A stretch of DNA of 64,000 bases from Eledone cirrhosa (GCA_964016885.1 CAXHJY010000020.1:83563-147562), one strand, 5' to 3'; shown: positions 47,345 to 60,961, counted from the stretch's first letter. Numbers and translations: made by a program. Notes: generated by a model not told the origin, from the letters alone.

Positions 47345-47640
47345 TATTATATATATATTACATTGTATTTTTCAATGTAATGTTTGCTCTATGAGTCTAC
47401 TTAATCATTTGAAACAAGGAGTTCAATATAAGTAAATCATGTATATAGCCTTCTGAGTATACAAAGTAGACATGAAAAACAAAGTTATGATTCCACCAGG
47501 AATTATTGGCACATACATACAATACATAATGTACACAATTAAGTTCCTTTATTTCTATTTTCTCGGATCTAGAATGATGAAATGGCAAGTGTTGCCTTCG
47601 GTTGGATATGAAACTGAGAATAGTAGGAAACAAAATATGA

Positions 47641-48325
47641 TTAAACCTTTCGTTACTGTATTTCTCCTGAAAGACACTGCCTATAATTCTTTAAATGAGT
47701 TTGAAAATATTGAATAATATAAGTCGAATGATTTGGAGTGATTTAGTAACCCAACTAATTATTAAGCTGATGTTAGGAACATAGTTAATAAAAGTTCTTA
47801 TATAAAATTATGATGGAAGGTTTTTAGATATATATAAACAATTTAACCCTTTCGTTATTTTATATAGCCAATGAAAGACACTGCCTATGATTTTTATATA
47901 AATTTGAAAATAATCAAGAATTTGGAGGGATTTAGTAATATAACTAACTTTCTCGTTATTTAACTGGTGATCGAAACATTACAAAGGTTCTTATATAAAA
48001 CTATGATGAAAGACCTTTAGATAAATATAAACACTTTAACCCTTTCGATACCATATACATAATAAAAGAGACTGCCTATAATTTGCAAATGAATTTGAAA
48101 ATAAAAAAAAAATGTCGAGGGATTTAATAATTTAACTCATTTTCTTATCATTGTTTTGGTATTTATGAACATAACTTAACAAAAGGTCTTAAATAAAATG
48201 ACGATGGAAGGTTTTAAGATAAATATAAGCAATTTAACCCTTTTCATATAATTTTGAAAATAATCAAAAATTTAGAAAGATTTAAAATTATGATGGAAAA
48301 CTTTTAGATAAATATAAATACTTCA
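47641..48325 (+). repeat. Degenerate ~195-200-bp tandem repeat (~3.5 units)
   Basis: Units start TTAACCCTTTCG near 47641, 47843, 48036 and 48234; share GACACTGCCTAT and ATGATGGAAGG..TAGATA. Confidence 0.85.
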
Positions 48326-49159
48326 AAATTATCAGTCCTGTATCTTAGAAGCGTGGTGATGATGGTGGTAGAGGGCGTTTCGAGGCAGATTGGTATCAAA
48401 GGGTAAATATGCAGCTACGACATTGCTAAGAGGATTCTAATCCATTTGGTTCTAGCTGGTGGTAGTTGTTTACAATGGCGTTTTTTAGCTGGGATCAACA
48501 ATCTGATGTGAAGCAGATATTGTTATCTTTTCGCAATGTTTTCATTCACGTAAAAGATACATTTTACAACAATAAAGAGTTCATTCCACTCAACAAGTAC
48601 ATTACGTTACACTAAATTTGAAGCTCACCTCCCTTCTCACCGCCTGTCACACACCATCATTCCATCTCTCATACAGACACACACACATCTCTCTCTCTAT
48701 ATATATATATACGTGTGTGTGTATGTGTATATGTGTGTATGTGTATATATGTGTGTACATGTATGTATGTGTGTATATATATGTATACATATATATGTAT
48801 GAAATATGTATGTATGTATATATACATATGATATATGTATGTATGTATGTATATATGTATACATATATGTGTGTATGTATGCATATGTATGTATGTATAT
48901 ATATATGTATGTATATATATATATATGTATACATATATGTGTGTATGTATACATATGTTCGTATATATATATATATATATATATCAGCAGCAGGTGTGGT
49001 CTTAGTTGTTAGAGTAGTAGATAGAGGGCGCTATGTTCGTTACTTATTCCTGTTTATTTTTCACCAACTGCCGCACAGTTCTCTTGCCAGAGAATTCTTT
49101 GATTTTGGGGAGAAAGGAAAAACAAAACATAGCAAAAATATACATTACACTTCACTAAT

Positions 49160-49737
49160 AATAATTGTTCTGATTTAGGCACAAGGCCAGCAATTTGTAG
49201 AGAAGGGGAAAGTCGATCAAGTCGACCCGAGTGCATTACTAGTACTTTAATTTATCGACCCCGTTAGGATGAAAAGCAAAGCTAACCTCGGCGGGATTTA
49301 AACACAGAACGTAAAGGGCCGTAACTCTCTTCCCCGAAGTAGGGTGCCCGACGCTCTACCGATACTTCCAAATAATATACATTACACACCAATAATAATA
49401 ATAATTGTTTCTACTTTAGGCACAAGGCTTGCAATTACCTCAGTGCATTACTGGTACTTTATTTTACCAATAATAATAATAAATGTTTCTAAATAGGCAC
49501 AAGGCCAGCAATTATACCAGTGTATTACTGGTACTTTATTTTACCAGTAATAATAATAATGTTTCTACTTTTGGAACAAGGCCAGCAATTAACCAAGTGC
49601 ATTACTGGTACTTTATTTTATCGACCCCGTAAGGATGAAAGGCAAAGTTAACCTCGGCGGGAATTGAACTCCGAATAGCAGGGGCCGTAATTCTATACGT
49701 CAAAGCATGGCGTCTGACCCTCTACCGATACTGCCAA
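49160..49737 (-). mobile_element. Cluster of main-family SINEs: two long copies and two tail-only copies
   Basis: Four GGCACAAGG..GCAATT..TTACTGGTACTTTA units separated by (TAA)n. Confidence 0.88.
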
Positions 49738-49749
49738 AAGTAATAATAA

Positions 49750-49920
49750 TAAAAACACACAGACAAATACATAGTCAAAACCCCAGGACTTACAAATATA
49801 TACAGCATACAAAAAGTAGCACTACTAGGCACTGCACACAATTACGAAAAGTACTATCAATACAATAGAAACAACATCAGCAAAAACTATACTGCTTATA
49901 CCCAAGGCGCATAGAGCTGA
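49750..49920 (+). mobile_element. 3' tip of an R4/Dong-like LINE (distinct subfamily)
   Basis: IQKVALLGTAH..RKVLS following (TAA)n. Confidence 0.65.
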
Positions 49921-49924
49921 TATA

Positions 49925-50445
49925 ATAGGAAAAGTGATTCACTGGTATTTATGCAAATAAATAATTTACCACATTCTGACAAGTGGTATGATCATAAACC
50001 AGAGTCGGTGATAGAAAACGATAAAGTGAAGGTGCTATGGGATTTCAGGATACAGACAGACAAGAAATTAGAACACAATAGGCCTGGCCTGGTGGTTTTT
50101 GACAAGGTAAAAAGATCGTGCCTGTTTGTAGATGCAGCCTGCTTCTTTGACACAAGAGTGCAAGAAAAGGAGGAGGAGAAAATTAACCGATATCAGGATT
50201 TAAAGTGGAAGTTAAAAATGATTTGGGACTATCATGAGATCAAGGTCAACCTGCTTGCCATAGGAGCACTAGCTACTATCTCCAAGAGTTTTCAAGGATG
50301 GTTAAAGAACATTAGTCCAGCCCACTTTTTTGGAACACTTCAAAAGGCATGCTTGCTGGGAGCTGAAAGCTGAAAGCTTAAGTCTAATTGAGGAACCCCA
50401 CAAATCCACAATCACCTAACCATCAAGGGCGAGTGCCGACTCCCA
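49925..50445 (+). mobile_element. R4/Dong-like LINE 3' fragment, (TAG)n tail
   Basis: WYDHKPESVIEND..WDFRIQTD..HNRP..KINRYQDL..IGAL..LQKACLLG. Confidence 0.9.
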
Positions 50446-50679
50446 AAGTAGTAGCAGTAGTAGTAGTATAGTAGTAGTAAGGGTGGTGGTGGTAGTAGTA
50501 GGGGTGATGGTGGTGGTAGTAGTAGTAGGGATGGTAGTAGTAGTAGTAGTAAAATGACAAATATAACTGCTAGTACATAAATAAAATTCTAAATATAAAT
50601 ATATAAATATTCTTTGCATCAGATGTTTACATGTTTTACTAAAATCTACCCAAATACTCGATACTTGTAACGCCTGTAT

Positions 50680-51100
50680 TTGTTACTGCTGTTGTTACTG
50701 TTGTTGTTGTTACTGCTACTGCTGTTACTGTTATTATTGTTGCTGTTGTTTTTGATATTGTTACTCTTGTTGCTGTTGCTGTTTGTATTTTTGTCGTTGT
50801 TACTGTATTTTTTTTCATGTTGTTATTAGTGTTATTATTGCTGTTGTTATAGCGGTTGTTCTTGTAGTTGTTGTTACTGTTATAGCAGTTGTTATTGCTA
50901 TTGTTTCTGCTGCTGTTATCGTTGTTGTTACTGCTGTTGTTATGGTAGTTGTTGTTACTGTTATTGTTGTTGTTCTTGTAGTTGTTACTGTTATAGCAGT
51001 TGTTATTGCTATTGTTTCTGCTGCTGTTATTGTTGTTGTTACTGCTGTTGTTATGGTAGTTGTTGTTACTTTATTTTTTGCAGTTGTTGTTGTTGCAGTT
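50680..51100. repeat. (TTG)n-rich tract with ~105-bp internal duplication
   Basis: Direct reading. Confidence 0.88.
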
Positions 51101-51260
51101 GTAATTCTCCATTTAATTATTGTTTCATTTTTTTCAAATATTTTCACGAGCTGCTGTTGTTATTGTTTCTTTTTTTCTCTCGTTGCCTTTATTTTCTGTC
51201 TTATTTTATTTTCTGTTTTATTTCATTTTCTGTTTTATTTCATTTTCTGTTTTCCCACAG

Positions 51261-51386
51261 TATTTGTGTTCAGCTCTGCCCTTCTGTTAAAGTTCCATTA
51301 AGCACCTGTTTTCACCTGTATTCACCTGTCGACCGGAAACTCACCAATGACGAGGCCTTCACGAAGCGAACTCGTGATCAATCCAG
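51261..51386 (+). other. Candidate 126-nt exon (coding or 5' UTR)
   Basis: Long pyrimidine tract + CACAG| acceptor, CAG|GTAAAC donor, one open frame. Confidence 0.4.
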
Positions 51387-51430
51387 GTAAACAATTCGAC
51401 AAAAAAAAATATATATATATATAAGGAAAT

Positions 51431-52290
51431 ACACCATCGCCACCACCATCACTACCACCACCATCACCACCAATATCATCGCCACCACCACCAACATCAT
51501 CGCCATCACCACCAACATCATCGCCACCACTACCAACAACAGCAACATCATCATGACCACCTTCTACTATCTGCCACTACCACAGCCACCACCACCATCA
51601 TCACTACCACTACCGTCATCACCACCTAGACTATTAACACCACCACCTAAATCATCACCCACCAATACCATCAACTATCACTACAACCACCACTACCACA
51701 GTCATCACCACCTAAGTCATCACCCGCCAACATCAACACCACTTCAATCACCACCACCACCACCACCACCACCACAATAACAACACCACCACCAACCTCC
51801 ACCATGCCCCCATCAATACCATCAACACCTAAACCACCACTAAGATCATCAACATCATCACCATCATCATCATCATCAACCATCACCATCAACAACACCA
51901 AGACCATTACTCACCACCAACACCATCAAGATCACCGCCATCCACCATTGCCACCACAACCACTACCAACAACAACGTCACCCCCCACCCCATCACCACC
52001 ATCACCAAGTGCATCACCTCACCACCACCACCTCCATCACCACCATCAGCACTCCCAAGACCATTACCCACCACTACCATCAAACAACACCACCACAACC
52101 ACCATCACAACCAACACCACCACCACCACCACCACCACCACCACCACCACCACCACCACCACCACAACAACCACCACCACCACCACCACGACAACCACCA
52201 CCACTACCACCACCACTACCATCAAACACCACCACCACGACAACCACCACCACCATTAAACACCACCATAACCACCTCTACAACAACACA
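51431..52290. repeat. CCA/CAT-rich low-complexity tract
   Basis: Direct reading. Confidence 0.9.
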
Positions 52291-52471
52291 CAAAAAACAA
52301 TAAAGATACAAGACTTGGGTATTTGGGTAGATTTCTGTAAAACATGTAAACGTGTTTCAATGCAAAAAATATTTATATTTATATATTTGTTGCATTTCTG
52401 TCCGTTTTTCATTATTTAACCATATTTCATTATTTAACCATATTATTATTATTATTACTAAAGTAGAAACA

Positions 52472-52505
<34 letters not shown>

Positions 52506-52521
52506 GTAGTAGTAGTAGTAG

Positions 52522-52775
52522 AGTATTCTAGGAGTCTCAGGCATTGATGTTATTTAACTGGAAAGTTTGTTCAAATGAACATCAAGCTGCTACCTGCAGC
52601 CTCAGATATTCAGGATGTATCGGAGAGTTCTTGCTGTTCCCAGCAAGCATGCCTTTTGAAGTATTCCAAAACAAAAACGGTGCTGGACTAATCTTCTTTA
52701 ACCACCCTTGACAACTCTTGGAGATAGTACCAAGTGCTCCTATGACAATCGGGACCACCTTGATCTCATGACCAA
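52522..52775 (-). mobile_element. R4/Dong-like LINE 3' tip between (TAA)n tracts
   Basis: HEIKVVPIVIGALGTISK; near duplicate of 52950-53175. Confidence 0.88.
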
Positions 52776-52797
52776 TATTATTATTATTATTATTATT

Positions 52798-52925
52798 ATG
52801 CCATTCTGAGTTCAAATCCCGCCGAGGTTAACTTTGCCTTTCATCCTTACGGGGTCGATAAAATAAAGTACCAGTAATGTACTGGGTAATTGCTGGCCTT
52901 GTGCCAATAGTAGAAACAATTATTA
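52798..52925 (+). mobile_element. Main-family SINE, 5' truncated
   Basis: Core match. Confidence 0.85.
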
Positions 52926-52944
52926 TTATTATTATTATTTTTAT

Positions 52945-54544
52945 TGTTCTTTGAGTCTCAGTCATTGATGTTATTTAACTGGAAAGTTTGTTGAAATGAA
53001 TATCAAGCCCCTACCTGCAGCCTCAGATATCGGAGGGTTCTTGCTGTTCCCAGCAAGCATGCTTTTTGAAGTGTTCCAAAAAGCGGGGCGGGACCAATTT
53101 TCTTTAACCATCCTTGGAAACTCTTTGAGATAGTACCTAGTGCGCCTATGACAATCGGGATCACTTTGACTTCATGGCAGTTCCAAATCCTTTTTACCTC
53201 CCACTTTAAGTCCTGGTATCGGTTAATTTTCTCCCTCTCCTTCTCTTGCACTCTTGTGTCGAATGGGTAGGCTACATCCTCAATCAGGCACGATCTTTTT
53301 TCCTTGTCCAAAACCACCAGGTCAGGTCTATTGTGTTCCAGTTTCTTGTCCGTCTGTATCCTAAAATCCCACAGCTCCTTCACCTAATCGTTTTCTATCA
53401 CCGACTCTGGATTATGCTCATACCACTTCTCAAAATGTGGTAAATTGTTTACTTTGCATATGTGCCAGTGGATCACCCTGCCCATCACATCATGTCTCCA
53501 GCCTTTATAGTGAGTCTGGGCTAGGTGTTTACACTCGGATACAATGTCTCCTCTCTCTCTCTCCACAGATCCTACACAGTGGGCTAGCCTCCTCCTTGTA
53601 AATATGGTGTTTCAGCCAGCCACTTCGTTTTGAGGGCCTGCTTTTGCGCAGCCATTAACATTCCTTCTGTAGCCTTTTTAAGGTCTCCTCTTTTCATCCA
53701 GTTCCATGTCTGTGGATCTCTGAATTCAGTTTTCTCAAAGGAAGTACTATGAAGGGATTTTTCATGAAGGTTGCTCTTTCTCCTTGTTGTTATTTCCTCC
53801 TTGGACATCCCCTGGTCTATTGTCCTCTCCTTCAGTACAATTCTGAGTATTGGCTCCCTACTATCAGTCACGTATTTGTGTAGGTTGTTTTTCTCCATCT
53901 GAACACAGTCCTCTATGCTGATAAGACCTCTTCCACCTTCAGATCTCCTTAAGTAGAGTCTATCGACATCACTCCTCTTGTGGAACATATTGTAGATAGT
54001 CAATAGCGTCCTAGTCTTCCTATCCATTTCTTTTCGTTCAGCAACATTCCATCTCAGAATTCCCGCACTGTACCTAATAATAGACACAGCTCGGGAATTT
54101 AATGCACTTATGGCATTCCTACTGTTCAGATGTGATGTTAATACGATCCTTACTCTCCGAATGTACTCAGATCTTATCAATTCCTTCATTTTTTTGTTCT
54201 TGATGTCATCAGCCTCCAGAACACCTAAATATTTGTATCCTTCTTCAGTGTCAATTGCCTTTATCATCTCACCTGTTGGTACCTGGATTCCGTTGCTTCT
54301 GCTCAATTTACCCCTCTTCATCACAAGGACTCCACACTTACTAGTACCAAATTGCATACATATATCATTGCTGAAAATACGGACAATGTCAACAAGCACA
54401 TCCAACTCCTTCTCACTCTTCCCGAAGAGCTTAAGATCGTCCATGAAGAGGAGGTGATTGATGGTAAGCTCTCCCTTTCCCAAATTGTATCCTGCTCTCA
54501 CTTTTCGCAGTATAATGGTCAGGGGCTTCAGGGCAAGGACAAAC
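52945..54544 (-). mobile_element. 5'-truncated R4/Dong-like LINE (RT + REL endonuclease), disrupted
   Basis: HLLFMDDLKLF, YKYLG, LYLRRSEGGRGL, RHD, RPDLVV, PIVIGALG; (TAA)n on both sides. Confidence 0.95.
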
Positions 54545-54569
54545 TTATTATTGTTATTATTATTGTGTC

Positions 54570-54760
54570 AGGGCGGTGAATTTGCAGTATCGGTAGAGGG
54601 TCGGACGCCATGCTTTCCAGCATAGTTACGTCCCTTTACGATCTGAGTTCAAATCCCGCCGAGGTTGACTTTGCCTTTCATCCTTACGGGGTCGATAAAA
54701 TAAAGTACCAGTAATGCACTGGGTAATTGCTGGCCTTGTGCCTAAAGTAGAAACAATTAT
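54570..54760 (+). mobile_element. Full-length main-family SINE
   Basis: Head, GAGTTCAAATCCC B-box-like motif, core and tail. Confidence 0.9.
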
Positions 54761-54996
54761 TGTTGTTGTTGTTGTTGCTGCTGCTGCACCAACAGGACCA
54801 TCAGCATTAATCCAATTTTTCCGGCAAGGAAACTTCCTCATTATGTAGTATAGAGAATAGGGATCCCCCACCTACACCCCCACCCCCAAAATCTAAAAAA
54901 TAACTTTTATCGACTGCAGAGGAAAGAAAGGCAAAATTGAGTGCAGATGGATTTGAGGTTTTTAAATCAGAACCTAAAATCCAACTATGGTCAAAT

Positions 54997-55044
<48 letters not shown>

Positions 55045-55050
<6 letters not shown>

Positions 55051-55211
55051 GAAAGTAAACAACACAATATAACTACTCCATTACCAAAGGTTTCAGGACC
55101 CTAGACAATATTAACATACGTCTAGTTCGCTGAAATCTTTGGTAATGTTCTAGGGTCGTGAAACCTTTGGTAATAGAGTAGTTATATATTGTGTTGTTCA
55201 CTTTCTAATTA
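55045..55211. repeat. Fold-back element beside (TA)n with a hammerhead-like 3' half
   Basis: ~60-bp arms; GAAACCTTTGGTA at 55160-55172. Confidence 0.8.
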
Positions 55212-55380
55212 AATAGCTCTGTTCTATACATAGAGGACTCTTTTTTCCTTTGCTTTTTCTTCTTAACATATGAAATACTTAACATATGTATATATGTAAA
55301 AGGTAAACAGAAATAACAACAAAATCGGTACTGTATATGGAAGGAATATATTATGTTAACGCTTGAAATAGCAGAAAGAG

Positions 55381-55419
55381 GGATTTAACGTTTCGGATGC
55401 TTGTCCTTCATCAGAAGAC
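55381..55419 (-). ncRNA. Minimal hammerhead core, stem I decayed
   Basis: GTCTT-CTGATGA-a-GGA-caagca-TCC-GAAA-CGTT-A-AATCC. Confidence 0.55.
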
Positions 55420-55572
55420 AGAATGAGAAATTAAGAAGATTGAAAGGACGGGCATGGCGGAATCGGAAAAAATGTTTATAAAGAAAAATAACAGGTCCAT
55501 TCATGTTGACATCTCTTGGAAAACTGTTGATGCTGGCGTTTTACCTGCTTGTGAAACTTCACTTTGTTCTTC

Positions 55573-55609
<37 letters not shown>

Positions 55610-55614
<5 letters not shown>

Positions 55615-55790
55615 ATGAGAACCCCGATGGCTGAGCTCCGGCCGTTTCGACAGCTAGTTCCGAACTGTCGAAACGGCCGGAGCTCAGCCATCGGGGTCCT
55701 GATACTTTTTCTATTACCCACTCTACAACCCTACGTATCGAGAACTCTGGTGCGTTATAGTCCACCTGGTATCTTATCAGACCCTCTTTA
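55610..55790 (+). mobile_element. Family A fold-back element
   Basis: Same arms and tail. Confidence 0.8.
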
Positions 55791-55889
55791 TTATATATAT
55801 ATATAATATATATATATATGTGTGTGTGTGTGGTGTACTATTTGAGACAAAATTCACTTGGGTGATAATACTGAGAATATCATGTATGA

Positions 55890-56690
55890 CAAATCAAAAC
55901 GAATAGCCATAGGCTTATATAGAAACGACGGGCTAGTTCTCTCGCATTGTTCTAGTGGTTAAAAATTAGATTAACTCAAAAATAGATTTAATCAGTATAC
56001 CTATTACCTCCGCTCTAAGAACCACAATATCCACGTATATGAACATTGTTAATCCCTTTGATATAACATTAATTTCAGAAGCGAATAGATACCAATCATG
56101 TAATAAACCGAATGAACAGTTCATGTACATAAATAAGGATCATCTAGCTATGATAATAGAAATCCTTGAGCTGTAGTCAAACAAAGAAATCTTCCATAAA
56201 GCCGCCTCCATTACAATAACACTCTTCAGTTAACGATACGTTTCACTTCACTCCCAAGCCAGCCCTCCACAAAAAATATAACAAAAACAAATTTATTACA
56301 TCACCTGTTTAATCGTAACTAAATATCAAAGCCAATGTAGCGAAAAATTAGTTAGGCCTCATTGAGTTACACATCCCATTAAACAACAGGTACCGGAGAC
56401 TATACAATCGTATGAAAATCAAGGTCATCTACAGTTAGACAATAAACATCAGATATAAGTTACTAAACGATCTATTCATTCCAAAGATGATAATAAAAGG
56501 CGAAATGAAGAATTATATACATTAAATCAATGCTACCATAGAAAGATAGTAATGTATCCCAGTTAGGATAATTCAATTAATAATATTATTAATGATATCA
56601 CTACTAAAAAAAATTGCATAAGGATTGCCGAGGGAAATTTCAAAAGCGGCTATTATAACCACACTTCATCGCTCAGTCGAAAAACATTCC
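55890..56690 (+). mobile_element. Highly degraded Penelope-like element
   Basis: GLYRNDG, KPNEQFMYINK, YNRMKIKVIYS, EGNFKSGYYNH remnants in the expected order. Confidence 0.65.
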
Positions 56691-57129
56691 ACAAATTTTT
56701 ACATTTCCGTCTCAAGAATCCAGCATTGTTTGCATGTCTGTGTTGGTGGTGTGTTTATTCCACCAGTCTTGGATCATTCATCCGTACCCAGCTAACTTGA
56801 AATTTAGTCAACCGTAGCCGCAATTAACTGTTTGAACTAGACTAATTAAAATAGCAAATAGTATTGACAGAAAAAGGTGAGAGAGAGAGAAAGAAAGCGA
56901 GAGAGAGTGTGTGTGTGTTAATTTGTTAATTAAAAATGGAAAGAACGTAATAAAAATGTGAAAGTAAGAGATATGTTATGAATAAGGGAGAGAGAAATAA
57001 AGATTGAATGAAAAAATCATTTATGCAAAAAAGAACAAAAATAGAGAAAGAGATGTGAAGGACATGGAAAGAAGAGAGGCAAAATGATAGAGAGATGGAT
57101 GTATGGGGAATAGATAGATTGATAAATGT

Positions 57130-57174
<45 letters not shown>

Positions 57175-57242
57175 AACAAACACTCTCACCTCTCTCTCTC
57201 TCTCATATATATACATTCTGATATATATATATATATATCAGA

Positions 57243-57388
57243 ATGGAGGCGGTAAAAACCAGTTAGACCATTACTCATCAGACTACTCAACACTTGGGGT
57301 AGCAAAGTGGGTAATATGAAGAATTCGGGGCCCCGACGGCTGAGCTCTTGCCGTTTCAACAGCTAAATCCGGCTGTTCGGATCTAGCT
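57243..57388 (-). mobile_element. Family A element, single arm
   Basis: Reverse complement of the tail and right arm. Confidence 0.7.
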
Positions 57389-57425
57389 ATTGACACACAC
57401 ACACACACACACAGACACACACACA

Positions 57426-57470
<45 letters not shown>

Positions 57471-57606
57471 ACACACACACACAGAGACACACAGACACAC
57501 ACACACACACACGTATATAGAATAGATAGACGGACAGAAAGACACTCTGTCGGTTAGATATTCAGATTAAATATTTAATTATTACATGGAGCTAATTCTG
57601 TTTCAG

Positions 57607-57734
57607 TATTTCACAGTGTGGGTTGACTATTTGACAAACCAGTTGGTTGTGGGCTGAGGTATTTGCCATGGAAATGTCTTGGTAGTTACCATGGAGATCC
57701 CAATGCCATAGTAACAGGTGTGCTAGTATTACAG
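57607..57734 (+). promoter_or_regulatory. Unique island with three RFX X-box-like motifs; possible non-coding exon
   Basis: TTTGCCATGGAAAT, GTTACCATGGAGAT, AATGCCATAGTAAC; TTTCAG| and CAG|GTGAGT. Confidence 0.35.
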
Positions 57735-57789
57735 GTGAGTCAGTCACCTCGACTTCAATTTCAAAACACCAACTGTGTCAAATCTGCAC

Positions 57790-57791
<2 letters not shown>

Positions 57792-57827
<36 letters not shown>

Positions 57828-58266
57828 ATATATACATGTATATATATATACATGTATATATATACATGTATATATATACATATATATATATATGTATATA
57901 TATATACATGTATATATATACATGTATATATATATACATGTATATATATACATGTATATATATACATATATATATATACATGTATATATATACGTATATA
58001 TATACATGTATATATATATACATGTATATATATACATATATATATATACATGTATATATATACATGTATATATACATGTATATATATATATATATACATG
58101 TATATATCTACATATATATATACATGTATATATATATATATACATGTATATATATATACATGTATATATATATATACATGTATATATATATATACATATA
58201 TATATATACATGTATATATATATATATATACATACATACATACATGTATATATATATATACATATC
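57792..58266. repeat. (TA)n array with CATG interruptions
   Basis: Direct reading. Confidence 0.97.
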
Positions 58267-58436
58267 CGATAGCAGTTAGAGCAGCAAACGAGCAAAACTA
58301 ACTTTAAAATGACAGCAGTGACACCTAGCGGTGAAATGAGAAATTAGGTCCGGCTCTGAACATGGAAAACATAAATAGACAAAAATCTATGACGTAATTT
58401 ACAGATGACTTTGAAGTTAATCATCTACCTTGGATG

Positions 58437-59930
58437 ACACCACCACCATCAGCAACACCACCAACACCACCACCACCACCATCAGCAACACCACCAACAC
58501 CACCATCATCAACACCAGCAACAATACCACCATCACCACCACAAATGCCATCACCACCACCATCACCAACACCAGCAACAATACCACCACCATCATCACT
58601 ACCACCACCATCACCACTACCTCCATTAAGACCATCACCACACCATCACCACCAACATCGTCAACACCAGCAACAATACTACCATCACCATCACCTCCAT
58701 TAACACCATCACCACCACCATCACCACCATCATCACTACGAGCACCACCACCTCTACCTCTGTTAACACTACTTGCCCCAACACCTCTACTAGCTAGCCA
58801 CACAACTTCTTCATAACCAGTACGATCACCACCATCAACAACAACAACCCCACCATCAAGAACAACAACAACAACAACCCCACCTTCGTCCCCACCACCA
58901 CCAACAACAACACCGATGCCACCACCAATACAACCACCATTACGACCACCACTACCTCCACCACCACCATCACGACCACGACGACCACAACCAATACTAC
59001 CACCAACACAACCACTACCACCAACATCATCAACACCACCACCAACACCAACCTCACCTCACAACCAATACTACCACCAACACAACCACTACTACCACCA
59101 CCACCAACACAACCACTACCACCACTACCACTACCACCACCACCAACACTAACCTCACCTCACAACCACTACTACCACCAACACAACCACTACTACCACC
59201 AACACAACCACTACTACCACCAACGCTACCACCACCACCAACACCACCACCACAACAACAATCTTTATTACAAGTTAATAACTATATTTCTATAATCTTC
59301 ACATACAGTATATGTTATGACTTGGTTTCATTTAGTTTTATTTATTAATTTCCCGACTAATCCATTCCTGCACCACCCCACCACCCATCATGCCTCCATC
59401 ACCTCCACCACCCCACCACCCATCATGCCTCCATCACCTCCACCACCCACCCACCCAACACCTCATCACCTTCACCCACCGAACACATCACCACCATACT
59501 TACCCTCCCTCTCACCAAACACAACACCACCACCACCACCACCTACCTAACTCACCACCACCACCACACATCTACCCAACACATCACCACCACATACCAC
59601 ACACCCACCCAATACATCACCACCCACCCAACACATCATCACCACATTCAGCCAGCCCACCCCACCCCGCCGATCACAACCATCACTCCCTCTCCAGCCC
59701 ACCCCACACCACACACACTCACAACCGTTCTTAACCTGCTACCAACACCTCACAACAAATCCTACACGCCCACCCACCCACCCCCACCAATCACACAACC
59801 ATCACTCCCTCCCCAACCCCCAGACACAACAATTCTTAACCTCCCACCCACACCTCACAACCATCACCCCCCCAACCATCCTTCCCTCTCCACCACACAC
59901 CTCACAACCATTCCTTCCCGCCCTCACCAC
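58437..59930. repeat. CCA/CAA-rich low-complexity tracts
   Basis: Direct reading. Confidence 0.9.
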
Positions 59931-60007
59931 CGCTCATTATAATTCCCGTGTTGTTCAATGACACATCAAACGTACCAAAGGCTAAACATGGGTGAGATAC
60001 GTAATTG

Positions 60008-60134
60008 ATTATATTATATTATATTATATGTTATATTATATTATATTATATGTTATATTATATTATATTATATTATATTATATTATATTATATTATATTA
60101 TATGTTATATTATATGTTATATTATATTATATTA
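60008..60134. repeat. (TATAT)n pentanucleotide repeat
   Basis: Direct reading. Confidence 0.95.
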
Positions 60135-60420
60135 TCCTTCCGGGGTGATAAAATAAAGTACCAGTAATGCACTGGGTAATTGCTGACCTTGTGCTAAAAG
60201 TAGAAACAATTATATTATATTATATTACAACATGGATTGGCAGTATCGGTAGAGGGTCGGACGCCATGCTTTTCAGCAAAGAGTTACGGCCCTTTATGGT
60301 CTGAGTTCAAATCCCGCCGAGGTTAACTTTGCCTTTCATCCTTACGGGGGTCGATGAAATATAGTACCAGTAATGCACTGGGATAATTGCTGGCCTTGTG
60401 CCAAAAGTAGAAATAATTAT
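60135..60420 (+). mobile_element. SINE tail plus full main-family SINE
   Basis: Core match twice. Confidence 0.88.
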
Positions 60421-60674
60421 ATTATATTATATTATGTAATATGTTATATTATATTATTTTATGTTGTATTATACTGTGTGTGTATGCCATATATTATATA
60501 TTATGTATTATATGTTATATTAATTTTATATTACATTATATTCTATTCTATATAAGTGACATCCATCGATATGCATGTACTGTATATATATATATGTATG
60601 TATGTACAGATATACGATTATACATTCACACACATAGAGACACACACACGCACACATATATATAATTATATATG

Positions 60675-60734
<60 letters not shown>

Positions 60735-60961
60735 TACATATATACATATATACACACATACACGCACAGATATGTATGTACACACACATATATATATATA
60801 TCGTTAAAATGCTATATTATTTTCAGCAACAGTACTGTTAATTTCCGAGCGGACCTTTCTCCATTGTATGTTGCAGTACTGTTGTTTCTGTTGTTTTTAT
60901 TGTTGTTGTAATTATGAATAGTCCTCTCCTATAGTTTTATTATTGTTATTATCATTGTAAA

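Noticed and set aside
48500-48545. CTGATGT-stem-GCAA
   Set aside because: Two core mismatches and no stem I or III.
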